DNA from: an uncultured Gemmatimonadales bacterium | GTDB taxonomy: Bacteria > Gemmatimonadota > Gemmatimonadetes > Longimicrobiales > RSA9 | Assembly (NCBI GenBank): GCA_963783305.1 | Contig: CAWAMW010000017.1 | Coordinates: 192,001-256,000 of the forward strand | DNA length: 64,000 nucleotides | Direction of reading: 5' to 3' | Shown: piece after piece, positions 50,851 to 60,699 of the stretch | Numbering within the stretch: the stretch's first letter is position 1 | How the letters are laid out: each line of letters opens with the position of its first letter | The notes under the pieces: generated by a model | What the model was told of the DNA's origin: nothing | The model's input: the letters and a program-made list of their open reading frames with translations, nothing else | The model's database searches: none | Translations under genes and position numbers: made by a program

Positions 50851-51222
50851 TCAGCGACCCCTTCGCCCCCACCCCATCCGGCTCCTGCCCTGCCCCATTT
50901 CTTCGTCCGCCGCATCCTCGCCCGCCTGCACGAAGCGGATGCCGGCGAGCCGTCCCTTGTCGCGTCCCTCGTTCAGACGACGGCGGATGTCCGCCTCCAT
51001 CATGCGCAGCTCCATCAGCCACGCGCTCGACTTCACCGCCACGAAGAGCACGTCGTTCGTGACGTGGAGCGGCTCCGTGACGGCCGCGATCCGCTCGCCG
51101 ACACGCTCCGCCCAGTCATCCAGTGCGCTCACCTGCTCCAGGCGATTGCCGAGACCCGACCGATCCAGATACCGGGCGAGGGCCTCGGCCACCTTCATCG
51201 GCTGGTTCTCAGAGCTGGTCAT
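50851..51222 (-). CDS. DUF721/DciA family protein
   Basis: WAERVGERIAAVT...LFVAVKSSAWLMEL; canonical position between recF and gyrB. Confidence 0.85.
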   Translation of the reverse strand: MTSSENQPMKVAEALARYLDRSGLGNRLEQVSALDDWAERVGERIAAVTEPLHVTNDVLFVAVKSSAWLMELRMMEADIRRRLNEGRDKGRLAGIRFVQAGEDAADEEMGQGRSRMGWGRRGR

Positions 51223-52382
51223 CGCGCGCCTTTCGCTTCCTCCGCCGCTCCCGCCGTGATCGAGCCGCGGGCGATCCGCCAACGGGGCAGTGCGCCCTGG
51301 CGCACTTCCACGTCCGAGTCCTTGGGTGCCGTGAGCAGGGCCTGTCCCGGCTCCCGCTCGAGCTGCTCCAGGAGCCGCTCGCTCCGGCCGGGATCCAGCT
51401 CCGCGAAAATGTCGTCCAGCAGGACGATCGGTGCGCGGCCGCGCGCCTCCCGGATCGTGGCCGCCTCCACCAGGCGGAGCGACACCGCCGCCGTCCGCTG
51501 CTGCCCCCCGGAGCCGAAGTCCCTGAGGTCGCGCTCGGTGGCGTCATCTTCCCGGACGAAGCCGAGGTCATCGCGATGGGGACCGCGCAGCGTCGTGCCG
51601 CGCTCCCATTCCCGCGCCGACAACCGCTCCAGCTCCGCGCCGAGGGCCCCTTCCATGTCGGTGTCCGGCGCCGCGGCGTCCGGCACGCTCGGCCGGTAGT
51701 CCATCCGGGCGGCCGCCTCGCCGCCGATGCGCTGGTAGCGGTCGGCAAAGCCCCGCCCCTGCGCCTGCACCCACGCGGCCCGCGCCCGCATCACCCGGGC
51801 GCCCGCCGCCACCAGCGCCCTCGTCCACGGCTCCAGCTGCGCCGCCCCCACCCGGTCCTTGAGCAGGGCGTTCCTCTGCTTGAGCGTGTGACGGTACCTC
51901 TGTATCGCGTCCAGGTACCCCGGCTCATTCAGGGACAGCACAATGTCCAGGAACCTCCGTCTCTCTCCGGGCGAGCCGGCGATGATGGCCACGTCGGTGG
52001 GTGAGAACACCACCGCGCCGATGCGGCCCAGGGCATCGCTCAGCCGCTCCGGCTCGACGCCATTCACCAGGACCTTCTTGAGACCCCGCCGCTCCTCGTA
52101 CGCGGCGGTTACCTCCAGCTCCTCGCCCGTGGCGGGGTTCTCGAACCGACCGCGGATGTGGAAGGCCTCCTGCCCGAACCGCACCAGCTGTCCGTCCGCC
52201 GCCCCCCGGAAGGAGCGGAAGATCTCGAGGTAATACAGCGCCTCAATGAGGTTGGTCTTGCCGGACCCGTTGGGACCGATGACAGCCAGACCCTCGGGTG
52301 GAAGCTCCAGATCCAGCGCCGCGAAGTTCCTGAACTGGCGTACACGCAACTCGCGGCAGACGAGGGAAGGCGGGTCAGTCAT
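51219..52382 (-). CDS. recF: DNA replication/repair protein RecF
   Basis: FRNF, GPNGSGKTN, RSFR, GPHRDD, SGGQQR, LLDDIFAELD. Confidence 0.96.
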   Translation of the reverse strand: MTDPPSLVCRELRVRQFRNFAALDLELPPEGLAVIGPNGSGKTNLIEALYYLEIFRSFRGAADGQLVRFGQEAFHIRGRFENPATGEELEVTAAYEERRGLKKVLVNGVEPERLSDALGRIGAVVFSPTDVAIIAGSPGERRRFLDIVLSLNEPGYLDAIQRYRHTLKQRNALLKDRVGAAQLEPWTRALVAAGARVMRARAAWVQAQGRGFADRYQRIGGEAAARMDYRPSVPDAAAPDTDMEGALGAELERLSAREWERGTTLRGPHRDDLGFVREDDATERDLRDFGSGGQQRTAAVSLRLVEAATIREARGRAPIVLLDDIFAELDPGRSERLLEQLEREPGQALLTAPKDSDVEVRQGALPRWRIARGSITAGAAEEAKGAR

Positions 52383-52505
52383 GCGGAAACAAAGCTAGCG
52401 CGCGTGTGCGCGTGAGGCAAACGCCGCAGAGGTCCGCCGGGCCGTGCGCGGGCCAGGCGACCGAACGCCTTCCGGCCGAACCGGGCGCGGTCGCGCGCAG
52501 AGCCG

Positions 52506-53291
52506 CTACTTCCCTTCGAACGCCGCCTCCCTCTTCTCCAGGAACGCGCTCATCCCCTCGCGCATGTCGTCCGTGGCCGCGAGCAGACCGAACAGGTGCG
52601 ATTCCAGACCGAGGCCTTCGTCGATGCCCGTCTCGAGGCTCCTGTCCACCGCCTCCAGCGCGAAGCGCAGGGCAATGGGGCCATTCTTCAGGATCGCGTC
52701 CAGAAGCTCCTCCGCGGCCGCGCGGGTCTCGCCGGCAGGAACGACCTTGTTCACCAGCCCCATCTCGTAGGCCCTCTCGGCGCCCACCATTTCCCCCGTC
52801 AGGATCATCTCCAGCGCCCGCCCGCGACCTACGATCCGCGGAAGCCGCACGGTGCCGCCATAGCCGGGGATGATCCCCAGCTTCACCTCCGGCAGCCCGA
52901 ACCGGGCCTTCTCCGATGCCACGCGCAGGTGGCACGACAGCGCGAGCTCCATCCCGCCGCCGAGCGCATACCCATTCACCCCGGCGATCACCGGCTTGCC
53001 CATCCGCTCGAGCCGCCGGAAGGCCTCCTGCCCCTGCCGCGATACGCCGATCCCGTCGATCGGTCCCATCTTCGCCAGCTCGGCGATATCGGCGCCCGCG
53101 ACGAACGCCTTGTCCCCGTCGCCCGTCACGACCAGGCCCCGGACGGCGGGGTCATCCGCCAGGTCGCGGAACGCAGCATCGAGCTCACCGATGGTCTCGG
53201 CGTTCAGCGCGTTCAGCTTTTCGGGACGGGAGATGATGACGGTGGCGCGGCCCTGTGCCCGCTCCACGCGGATGGTCCTGTAATCGGCCAT
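52506..53291 (-). CDS. Enoyl-CoA hydratase (crotonase)
   Basis: AFVAGADI, GYALGGGMEL, GLPEVKLGIIPGYGG. Confidence 0.92.
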   Translation of the reverse strand: MADYRTIRVERAQGRATVIISRPEKLNALNAETIGELDAAFRDLADDPAVRGLVVTGDGDKAFVAGADIAELAKMGPIDGIGVSRQGQEAFRRLERMGKPVIAGVNGYALGGGMELALSCHLRVASEKARFGLPEVKLGIIPGYGGTVRLPRIVGRGRALEMILTGEMVGAERAYEMGLVNKVVPAGETRAAAEELLDAILKNGPIALRFALEAVDRSLETGIDEGLGLESHLFGLLAATDDMREGMSAFLEKREAAFEGK

Positions 53292-53354
53292 TTCGCGGCT
53301 CTCGGTGTCTGGTGGAATGTCGTGGCGGGAATATAGGCCGGGTGAGCGCCGGTC

Positions 53355-55982
53355 TCAATCGTGCCCGCCGGGCTCTCGCCCGTGCACGGCCCCCTCCATC
53401 AGGCGATCCGGATCGAACCAGCGGCTGGCGGCCTGGAGGACCTGCTCGCTCGTGACCGCCCGGACCCGGTCCCCGAACTCGCGCACCTCGGCCACGCCGT
53501 CCCCGAGCATGAGCGCCTGGGCCAGCTCCGAGAGTTGAGCGCCGTTCGTCTGGGTCCGGATCTGCCAGGACCCCAGGGTGTAGCGGCGGGCCCGCTCCAG
53601 CTCTTCCTCGGAGAGCGGCTCGGTCCGCAGCCGGAGTAGCTCGTCGATCAGCGCGTGCCGGGCCTCCGGGGCCCGAGCGGGCGAGGTGGCGATGTACCCG
53701 ACGAACGCGCCGCCGTACCGTCGCGCGATTGGAAACGCGGTGACGGTGTAGGCGAGGGACCGTCGGCTCCGCAGCTCCTCGAAGAGGCGGTTCCCCAGCC
53801 CGCTCACCGCACTCGACAGCACCTCCAGCGTCACACGGTCGGCGTGCGTGTGCGACGGGCCCGGGAACCCGATCGCGAGCGCCGTCTGCGCCCGGTCCCT
53901 GGACACCGATCGGGTGACGGGCGATTCCGGCCATAGCGGTCGGGGACCCGTCGCGGGGACGGCACGGGTGGACGGACGAACGAGCTCCGAGGCGACCTCC
54001 GCCACCCGCTCCGGATCGACATCGCCGACCACGAACACCCAGGGCTCGGCCACCTCCGATGCGTGCCACCGCCGGAGGTCCTCCGGAGTCAGTCCCGGGA
54101 CCGCCGCCTCCACGGCCTCCACCGGCGTGCCGTAGGGGTGGCCGCCGAAGGCGGCGTTGAGGAAGAGCCGGAGCGGGTAGCGGTACATGTCGTCTCTGAG
54201 CTGGTCCAGGTCCGCCATGAGCACCTCTCGCTCCCGCTCCACCTCACCGGCCGGGAACAGCGGGTTGAACGCCACGTCCGTCAGAAGCCGGAACCCGTCC
54301 CGAAAGTGCTCGGAGGGCACGGTCAGCGACCACGACAGTCGGTCGGCGCCGGCCGCGGCCCCGATGGACCCGCCGAGACCTTCCGACTCCAGCGCGATCC
54401 GCTCGGCCGACCGCGTGCCGGTTCCCTTCACGGAGGCCCGCATGACCAGGCTCGTGATCCCGGCGTTTCCGGGCGTCTCCCGGGGACTGCCGCCCGCCGC
54501 CGCGATGGCCATGGAGACGAGCGGTGCGCGGGAGCGCGGCTTCACGATGAGCCGGCCACCCCCGAGGTCGTACTGGAGCACGCCGTCGTCGGCCGTGGGC
54601 GAGGAGAGGACGATGGGCGCACCCACCGGTGTTTTCTCCACGGTCAGATCGGCCGGGGGCGCCGGCTCCTGGGGGGTGTGACCGAGGAGGACGTCCGGCA
54701 GGTCGGTCTCGCGCCATCCCACCGGCTCGGAGGACTCGGGGCGGTACACGACGAGTGTGACATCGCCGGGATCGAGGTAGCGCTCGGCGGCTCGGTTCAG
54801 GTCCGCTGGCGCCAGCGTCCGCACCCGCTCCAGGAAGGCGCCCGCCTTCCGCCAGTCGCCCATGCCCTCCCATTCGGCCAGCAGGTTCGCCTGCCCCTGC
54901 GCTGTCTCCAGGCGACGAAGCAGCCGCGACTCCAGCAGCGTCCGCACCCGCTCCAGCTCCTCCTCGCCCACCGCTCCGGCGCGCACCGACTCCACCTCGC
55001 CGATCGCGCTCCGGACCGCTTCGCGCGTTCGTCCCGCCTCGCACTCCAGGCTGATTCCGAATACGCCAATGTCCCGGGGCGTGTAGTTGTACGCGCCGAT
55101 ATCGGAGGCCAGCCCCCGCTCCCGCACGCCCCGGTAGAGCCGCGACGCGCGACCCTGGCCGAGCACTACCGCCAGCGCGTCCAGCGCCGGCGTGTCCTCC
55201 GCCAGTGCGCCGGGAGACCGCCAGCCCAGCTCGGCGTAGCTGTGCCCGACATCGGCCGTGAGCTCACGGAACCGCGCCCCGGACCGCGGCGGCTCCGGCC
55301 GCTCCAGTCGCTCGGCATCCCCCGGCGGGAGCTCCGCATACAGCGACTCGACGCGCTCGATGATCCGGGCGGGATCGATGTCGCCCGAGACCACCAGCGT
55401 CGTGCTCAGACCGCGGTACATCGATCGGTAGTACGCCGTCACGTCCGACCGCTCGAGCCGCCGCAGCGCCTCCTCCGTTCCCATCCGCCAGCGCCGCATG
55501 GGGTGCACGTCGAACATCGCCTCGTACAGCTTCTCCGATGCCATCGCCCCCGGGTTGTCCAGCTTGCGGTTCACCTCCTGGATGATCACCAGGAGCTCCT
55601 TCCGCAGCTCCTCCTCGTCGATCTGCGAGTGGATCAGCGCGTCCGCCTGGATCTCCAGCCCCATCTCCACCGCCGACGACGGGAGCACGGTGTAGTAGGA
55701 CGTGTGGTCGTAGATGGTGCCCGCGTTCAGGAATCCGCCCGCGGCCTTCGTCTGGCGGGCGATCTCCCCCACCCCGCGCCGTTCCGTCCCCTTGAAGTAC
55801 ATGTGCTCGAGAACGTGACTGATCCCCACCAGGGCGTCGGGCTCATCGAAATAGCCGGCGCTCACATGGGTGACGATCGCCACCACCGGTGAGGAGTGGT
55901 CCTCCCGCACCAGCAGGGTGAGGCCGTTGTCGAGACGGTGCTCGATGGGGCGAATTCGGTCCAGCAATTCATTTCCGTTCAT
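53355..55982 (-). CDS. M16 family (pitrilysin-like) zinc peptidase
   Basis: HVLEH inverted zincin motif; two-half architecture. Confidence 0.92.
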   Translation of the reverse strand: MNGNELLDRIRPIEHRLDNGLTLLVREDHSSPVVAIVTHVSAGYFDEPDALVGISHVLEHMYFKGTERRGVGEIARQTKAAGGFLNAGTIYDHTSYYTVLPSSAVEMGLEIQADALIHSQIDEEELRKELLVIIQEVNRKLDNPGAMASEKLYEAMFDVHPMRRWRMGTEEALRRLERSDVTAYYRSMYRGLSTTLVVSGDIDPARIIERVESLYAELPPGDAERLERPEPPRSGARFRELTADVGHSYAELGWRSPGALAEDTPALDALAVVLGQGRASRLYRGVRERGLASDIGAYNYTPRDIGVFGISLECEAGRTREAVRSAIGEVESVRAGAVGEEELERVRTLLESRLLRRLETAQGQANLLAEWEGMGDWRKAGAFLERVRTLAPADLNRAAERYLDPGDVTLVVYRPESSEPVGWRETDLPDVLLGHTPQEPAPPADLTVEKTPVGAPIVLSSPTADDGVLQYDLGGGRLIVKPRSRAPLVSMAIAAAGGSPRETPGNAGITSLVMRASVKGTGTRSAERIALESEGLGGSIGAAAGADRLSWSLTVPSEHFRDGFRLLTDVAFNPLFPAGEVEREREVLMADLDQLRDDMYRYPLRLFLNAAFGGHPYGTPVEAVEAAVPGLTPEDLRRWHASEVAEPWVFVVGDVDPERVAEVASELVRPSTRAVPATGPRPLWPESPVTRSVSRDRAQTALAIGFPGPSHTHADRVTLEVLSSAVSGLGNRLFEELRSRRSLAYTVTAFPIARRYGGAFVGYIATSPARAPEARHALIDELLRLRTEPLSEEELERARRYTLGSWQIRTQTNGAQLSELAQALMLGDGVAEVREFGDRVRAVTSEQVLQAASRWFDPDRLMEGAVHGREPGGHD

Positions 55983-56080
55983 GGTATCGGAGAGAGGCAC
56001 GAAGCTTTCATGCCGTTGCGCGAGGTCGGCGGCCGCGGCATTGTGAACGCCACGTTAACCATGACAACCACGGAGCGAAC

Positions 56081-56920
56081 GTGCTGGTCTATCTGAACGG
56101 CGAATACATCCCCCACGAGGAAGCTCGCGTCTCGGTGAACGACAGGGGGTTCCTCTTCGCTGATGGCGTATATGAAGTCATCCGGATCTTCGGCGGTCGG
56201 CTGCACCGGGCCAGTGACCACGTCGAGCGGATGAAGCGTGGGCTGGCGGCTCTCCAGATCGACTTCCGCGACATGGACGCGGTGACCGCGGCCATGGACC
56301 GGCTGATCGAGGAGAACGGCATCGACGGCGATGGCACCATCTACATCCAGATCTCCCGCGGCTCGGCCCCGCGGAGGCACGCCTTCCCGGCTCGCGGGAC
56401 GCCGCCGACGGTGTACGTGACCGCGGAGCCCTACAAGAACCATCCCGAGGAGTACTGGCTGGATGGTGTGGAGGCGATCACGGTGCCGGACAACCGCTGG
56501 GCCCGCTGCGACATCAAGTCCATCGCGCTGCTGCCGAACGTGCTGGCGAACCAGGCGGCCCACGCGGCGGGTGCGTTCGAGGCGCTGTTCGTGAAGGATG
56601 GCGTCGTCATCGAGGGCTCGCATTCAAACCTCTGGGGAGTGCATCGCGATCGCCTCATCACCTATCCGGCGAGCAACTACACCCTCCCGGGGATCACGAG
56701 GGCGGAGGTGTTCGAGCTGGCCGGGGAGCTGGGGATCGAGGCCCGCGAGGGGATGATCTTCCACGACGAGCTGTTCGATATGGACGAGCTGTTCCTCTCC
56801 GGGACCACCACCGAGATCATGCCCGTGGTGCGCGTGGACGGCCGCGAGATCCTGGACGGCGAGCCGGGCCCGATCACGCGCAGGCTGCTGGCGGCGTTCC
56901 GCAAGAGGATGCAGGGGTGA
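56081..56920 (+). CDS. dat: D-amino-acid transaminase (class IV aminotransferase)
   Basis: DRGFLFADGVYEV, RWARCDIKSIALL, EGSHSN, LPGITR. Confidence 0.85.
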   Translation: MLVYLNGEYIPHEEARVSVNDRGFLFADGVYEVIRIFGGRLHRASDHVERMKRGLAALQIDFRDMDAVTAAMDRLIEENGIDGDGTIYIQISRGSAPRRHAFPARGTPPTVYVTAEPYKNHPEEYWLDGVEAITVPDNRWARCDIKSIALLPNVLANQAAHAAGAFEALFVKDGVVIEGSHSNLWGVHRDRLITYPASNYTLPGITRAEVFELAGELGIEAREGMIFHDELFDMDELFLSGTTTEIMPVVRVDGREILDGEPGPITRRLLAAFRKRMQG

Positions 56921-56957
56921 CGCAGGGCTGATCGGAAGAGTGGGAGGGGCTCCGTCG

Positions 56958-58040
56958 TCAACCGTCGGCGGAGCCACGGTCGGCGTCCAGGTCCTCGACG
57001 TAGAGCTCGGCGATCATCACCTGGAGGACGGCGAAGAGCGGCACGGCGAGGAACAGCCCGAGGAATCCGAAGAGGACTCCCATGGCCATCTGGAAGAGGA
57101 TAATCGCCGCAGGCTCGAGTTCCACCGCCTCCTTCATGATGACCGGCGTCAGGAAGTTCGATTCCAGCAGCTGGATGCCCAGGTAGAGTATAGCCACCCA
57201 TAGCAGCATCATGGGCGAGACCGTCAGCCCCATGGCCATGGCCGGCACCGCGCTGAGCGTGGGTCCGACGAAGGGGATGAAGACGAGGATCCCCGCGATC
57301 ATGCCCAGGACCAGCGCGCCGGGCACCCCCAGCAGGTAGAGCCCGGCCGTGCTCATGAGGAATATGACGGTCATACTCACCGACATTCCGGCGATCCAGC
57401 GCTTGAGCGCCGACCCCGCGTCCTCGACGGCCCGCCGCAGACGTGGGCGCCCGTTCCGTGGCACGAGATGCAGGATTCCATTCACATACGTGTCCGGGGC
57501 GATCACCAGGAAGACAGCGGCGAAGATGGTGATGATGACGCCGGTCACCGCGCCGATGGCGGTGTTCAGCAGTGGCAGCGCGCCCGCCACCATGTTCACT
57601 GCCTCCGTCCGCAGCCGCGCCTGGAAGCTCTCTTCGGTCTGGCCGGCCGCGGTACCGGTCACCGTTCCATCGGGGGAGGCCGTCGGCAGCATCTGATCCC
57701 ACTGCTGCCGTACCCATTCGGCCGCGCTCCCGAGAGTGCGCGGCAGCTGATCGGCGACGGTGGTGATCTGGCTCTGCACCTGGGGCCACACCACGGCCCA
57801 GAACCCCACGACCAGGCCCAGGAACACCAGGAGCGTGATGAGCCCGGCGAGCCAGCGCGGCATGACCGGCTCCAGCCGGTCCACCAGGAGCGAGAAGAAC
57901 ACCGCGAGCAACGTCGCCGCAAAGGCGATGAAGAGGACATCCCGCACCAGCCATAGACCCTGCGCCAGCGCCCAGACGGCAATGACCACCACGGCCGCCT
58001 TTGCCACGGATCCGTACGTCAGCCGCTGCGTCTGCTCCAT
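56958..58040 (-). CDS. AI-2E family transporter
   Basis: FIPFVGP, QLLESNFLTP, GLFLAVPL. Confidence 0.88.
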   Translation of the reverse strand: MEQTQRLTYGSVAKAAVVVIAVWALAQGLWLVRDVLFIAFAATLLAVFFSLLVDRLEPVMPRWLAGLITLLVFLGLVVGFWAVVWPQVQSQITTVADQLPRTLGSAAEWVRQQWDQMLPTASPDGTVTGTAAGQTEESFQARLRTEAVNMVAGALPLLNTAIGAVTGVIITIFAAVFLVIAPDTYVNGILHLVPRNGRPRLRRAVEDAGSALKRWIAGMSVSMTVIFLMSTAGLYLLGVPGALVLGMIAGILVFIPFVGPTLSAVPAMAMGLTVSPMMLLWVAILYLGIQLLESNFLTPVIMKEAVELEPAAIILFQMAMGVLFGFLGLFLAVPLFAVLQVMIAELYVEDLDADRGSADG

Positions 58041-58079
58041 GCCTGCTCCTCGTGCGGGGGAGTAACGGCAGAACCGCGG

Positions 58080-58094
58080 GCAACGGTCATGCCA
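58080..58094 (-). promoter_or_regulatory. Sigma54-type promoter
   Basis: Minus strand TGGCATGACCGTTGC, near consensus, 40 bp upstream of the AI-2E start. Confidence 0.55.
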
Positions 58095-58250
58095 GACACG
58101 CCCGCGCCGCCGCCGTGGAAGTGGCCGGTCGGGCCATGGACTCGCCCTCCGCGGTGCGCAACCTTGCCGCCCGGTCCCTCGGCGCCTAGCGTGGACGCTG
58201 GAGCAGACCCAATCGGGCAGTCCTGACCACCCTCTTACGCTGGATCACGA

Positions 58251-58736
58251 ATGAGCCGCTCTCTGAACAAGGTAATGTTGATCGGGAACGTGGGGGCCGA
58301 GCCGGAGGTCCGCACCACTCCCTCGGGCACCCGGATCGCCAAGATCTCCGTGGCCACCAATCGTGAATGGTCCGACCGGAGCGGTCAGAAGCAGGAGAAG
58401 ACCGAGTGGCACCGGATCACGTTCTGGGACAAGATGGCGGAGATCGTCGAGCGCTACGTCCACAAGGGCGACCGCATCTACGTAGAGGGGCGCATCGAGT
58501 ACAGCCAGACCCAGGATGACCAGGGGAACGTGAAGTACTGGACCGACATCGTGGCGCGCGAGATGGTCATGCTCGGTCAGGGCGGCCCCGGAGGGGGGGG
58601 CGGGGGCGGCGAGTACGACTCCGGCGGCGGGTTCAATCAGGACCGCGGCGGCTCCGGCGGCTCCGGCGGCTTCGACCAGTCGCCCAAGGGCGGCGGCGGA
58701 ACGCCCTTCGAGGAAGATGACGACCTGCCGTTCTGA
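58251..58736 (+). CDS. ssb: Single-stranded DNA-binding protein
   Basis: LNKVMLIGN, TEWHR, Gly-rich linker, C-terminal DDDLPF. Confidence 0.97.
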   Translation: MSRSLNKVMLIGNVGAEPEVRTTPSGTRIAKISVATNREWSDRSGQKQEKTEWHRITFWDKMAEIVERYVHKGDRIYVEGRIEYSQTQDDQGNVKYWTDIVAREMVMLGQGGPGGGGGGGEYDSGGGFNQDRGGSGGSGGFDQSPKGGGGTPFEEDDDLPF

Positions 58737-58742
58737 AGCGAC

Positions 58743-58778
58743 AGAGGGCCCCGGCCGCACCCGCAGCCGGGGCCCTCT
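58743..58778. terminator. Hairpin after ssb (terminator between convergent genes)
   Basis: AGAGGGCCCCGGC...GCCGGGGCCCTCT 13-bp stem. Confidence 0.6.
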
Positions 58779-58837
58779 CATATCTAGCCTCTCACGGACC
58801 GCGCCCGCCCGACGGCGGAAGCACGATCCGGTTCTGG

Positions 58838-59101
58838 CTACGGCCGGGAAAGCCGCTTCTTCGCCGTCTCGCGATCGACTGGCAGCGCCTCCGGTCCCTC
58901 TACGATCTCCAGTTCCACGGGCGCGAAGGCGCGGATCTCCGGATCCCCGTCCAGCGTCACACTCACCTTCTGCGGCGTGTATACGGAGTGTTCCACCACC
59001 GCACCCGTCCGGCCGATCAGTCCAGGATCGGACGGCAGGGGTCCACGCTGGATGCGAACGCGCGTGCCGTGGGGCAGAACGGACAGCTCGGTTATGGCCA
59101 T
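58838..59101 (-). CDS. Small hypothetical protein (possibly SH3/KOW-like beta barrel)
   Basis: [16 protein letters not shown]...GRTGAVV pattern. Confidence 0.65.
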   Translation of the reverse strand: MAITELSVLPHGTRVRIQRGPLPSDPGLIGRTGAVVEHSVYTPQKVSVTLDGDPEIRAFAPVELEIVEGPEALPVDRETAKKRLSRP

Positions 59102-59249
59102 GACCTCTCCTCGTTCGGCTCAATGGTGGCCGGAAGATGGCGGCTCCGGACCCGCCGGGCAATGCACCAGAGCCTCGACCGCCGGCTTGCCACACACGGG
59201 CGTCTGCCTATATTTCCGCCCCCCGAACGATTCATCGATACGAGGCGAC

Positions 59250-59489
59250 ATGAGGGAAACGCGAGACATCTCCAGGACCATGGGCGCGGTCCCCGGGTTC
59301 GTAATCGGCGTGATCTGGCTGGCCCTGGCCGCCAACGCGATCTGGGGCTCCATGCAGGGCTACGCCAACGGACGCGATGACTGGGGCCTGGGCTGGGGAT
59401 TGGTGGGGTTCTTCCTGCTGGCCGCCGGCGCATCCGCTCTCATCGGGACCTGGTGGCACACCTTCCGGGTCAGACGGGACCGCCACTAG
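59250..59489 (+). CDS. Small 2-TM membrane protein
   Basis: Two hydrophobic helices; GAGG RBS. Confidence 0.65.
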   Translation: MRETRDISRTMGAVPGFVIGVIWLALAANAIWGSMQGYANGRDDWGLGWGLVGFFLLAAGASALIGTWWHTFRVRRDRH

Positions 59490-59496
59490 CACGACT

Positions 59497-59594
59497 CGGG
59501 CTTCGATCCGCCGGGCTTCGATCCGCCGGGCTTCGATCCGCCGGGCTTCGATCCGCCGGGCTTCGATCCGCCGGGCTTCGATCCGCCGGGCTTC
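59497..59594. repeat. Perfect 15-bp tandem repeat, 6.5 copies
   Basis: CGGGCTTCGATCCGC x6 followed by CGGGCTTC. Confidence 0.95.
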
Positions 59595-59607
59595 CAACCT
59601 TCCCGCC

Positions 59608-59994
59608 TCAGGAACCGCCGGCGCTGTTCGCGTCCGCGGGCGGCGTGGATTCCGACCCCTCCACCGCTTCTTTCCAGAACCCCAGAAGCTCCACGTCAAA
59701 TCGCTCCGGTGATTCCTCATACGCCGCGGACCACTGCTCGTATGTCGGGAGGGGCGTCCGCTCCAGCAGCACATCCGTCACGCGCTGGACCAGTGAGCGA
59801 TAGCTACGGTGCGTGGGAAGAGGGAGTCTCGATTCCCCGGGAGCGGCCTCCGGACGCCGGGCGGCGGAAGGGTCGTCCGGACGCGCCAGCTCGTAGATCT
59901 GCTCCGGGCTCAGATCCAGGAACCGCTCGGCCAGCCGCGCCGAACACCAATCCAGGTACTTCGCCCGTCGCGTTCGGTCCCCGGACTGATCCAT
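59608..59994 (-). CDS. Hypothetical protein
   Basis: 128 aa; KYLDWCSARLAERFL...LPTYEQW...LLGFWK. Confidence 0.7.
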   Translation of the reverse strand: MDQSGDRTRRAKYLDWCSARLAERFLDLSPEQIYELARPDDPSAARRPEAAPGESRLPLPTHRSYRSLVQRVTDVLLERTPLPTYEQWSAAYEESPERFDVELLGFWKEAVEGSESTPPADANSAGGS

Positions 59995-60065
59995 TGGCTC
60001 CGCTGAGACGGTGAATTCGATCCTTCCCTCTCGACCATCAGCCTAGAGGTCGGACCGGACTTTCG

Positions 60066-60260
60066 TCAATAGCGGGCGTCCCCCGCGACATCCAGCCCCC
60101 CGTCCCGCGCCACCAGATACTCGAAGATCATGCGCCGCGTGATCCCGTACGCCACGATCCGGGCCAATGCCTCCGGATCGCTCCCCTGCACCCGCTCAAC
60201 CTCGTTCTCGAGCGGTTCAGGGGGGCGGACGTGCAACTCGGCGGCACTGGTTTCCGACAT
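60066..60260 (-). CDS. Small hypothetical protein
   Basis: 64 aa from ATG 60260; plausible composition. Confidence 0.5.
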   Translation of the reverse strand: MSETSAAELHVRPPEPLENEVERVQGSDPEALARIVAYGITRRMIFEYLVARDGGLDVAGDARY

Positions 60261-60270
60261 TGGATGGCTC

Positions 60271-60313
60271 TCTGGATAAATTGTGGAAAAACTGTGTACA
60301 ACTTCGTGGAAAC
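60271..60313. promoter_or_regulatory. Four phased DnaA-box-like 9-mers (candidate oriC element)
   Basis: TCTGGATAA, TGTGGAAAA, TGTGTACAA and CGTGGAAAC at 60271, 60282, 60293 and 60305, compared with TGTGGATAA. Confidence 0.6.
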
Positions 60314-60447
60314 GTCGGATCATCAGCGATCCAGCACGTTCCGTTGGGCGGCCAGCCATGTTTCCCGCAGGGGACGAAGAAGATAGGACGCGGAAACGGG
60401 CGCGTCAACCCTCACGATGCCTCCCGGCGATCGCCCCCGCAAACACC

Positions 60448-60472
60448 TAAATGGTTGCAGCACAACAACTTA
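60448..60472. promoter_or_regulatory. 25-bp palindrome, copy 4
   Basis: TAAATGGTTG-CAGCA-CAACAACTTA. Confidence 0.6.
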
Positions 60473-60663
60473 GCGAAATGGCCAATTTCACGTTTTTTGG
60501 CAAACATCCGTGGTCTCGAGGACGGCCGGTGAGGGTATCGAAAGTCACGGAACCGTTGCAATTCGGACACATCCGGCGTGTGGCCGGAGCCGGGAAGCCT
60601 CATTTTCGCCGTCCAGAAACACTTGTTTTTTGGCGTTGATAAGTAGCCCGGTTTTCCCCATCC

Positions 60664-60693
60664 TTGACACTCCCGGCGGCCGCGGGCTACGCT
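60664..60693 (+). promoter_or_regulatory. Sigma70-type promoter
   Basis: TTGACA-N18-TACGCT. Confidence 0.5.
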
Positions 60694-60699
60694 CTTTGT

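Noticed and set aside
54063..55892. Long antisense ORFs (also 17502-18962, 26912-28327, 41679-42824, 60997-62859 and others)
   Set aside because: These are shadow or alternative-frame ORFs expected in high-GC DNA over well-supported genes; their composition is Arg/Pro/Gly-rich with no motifs.
59497..59594. CRISPR array or coding repeat (IEARR)n
   Set aside because: There are no spacers. The ORFs spanning it overlap better-supported genes and lack an RBS.
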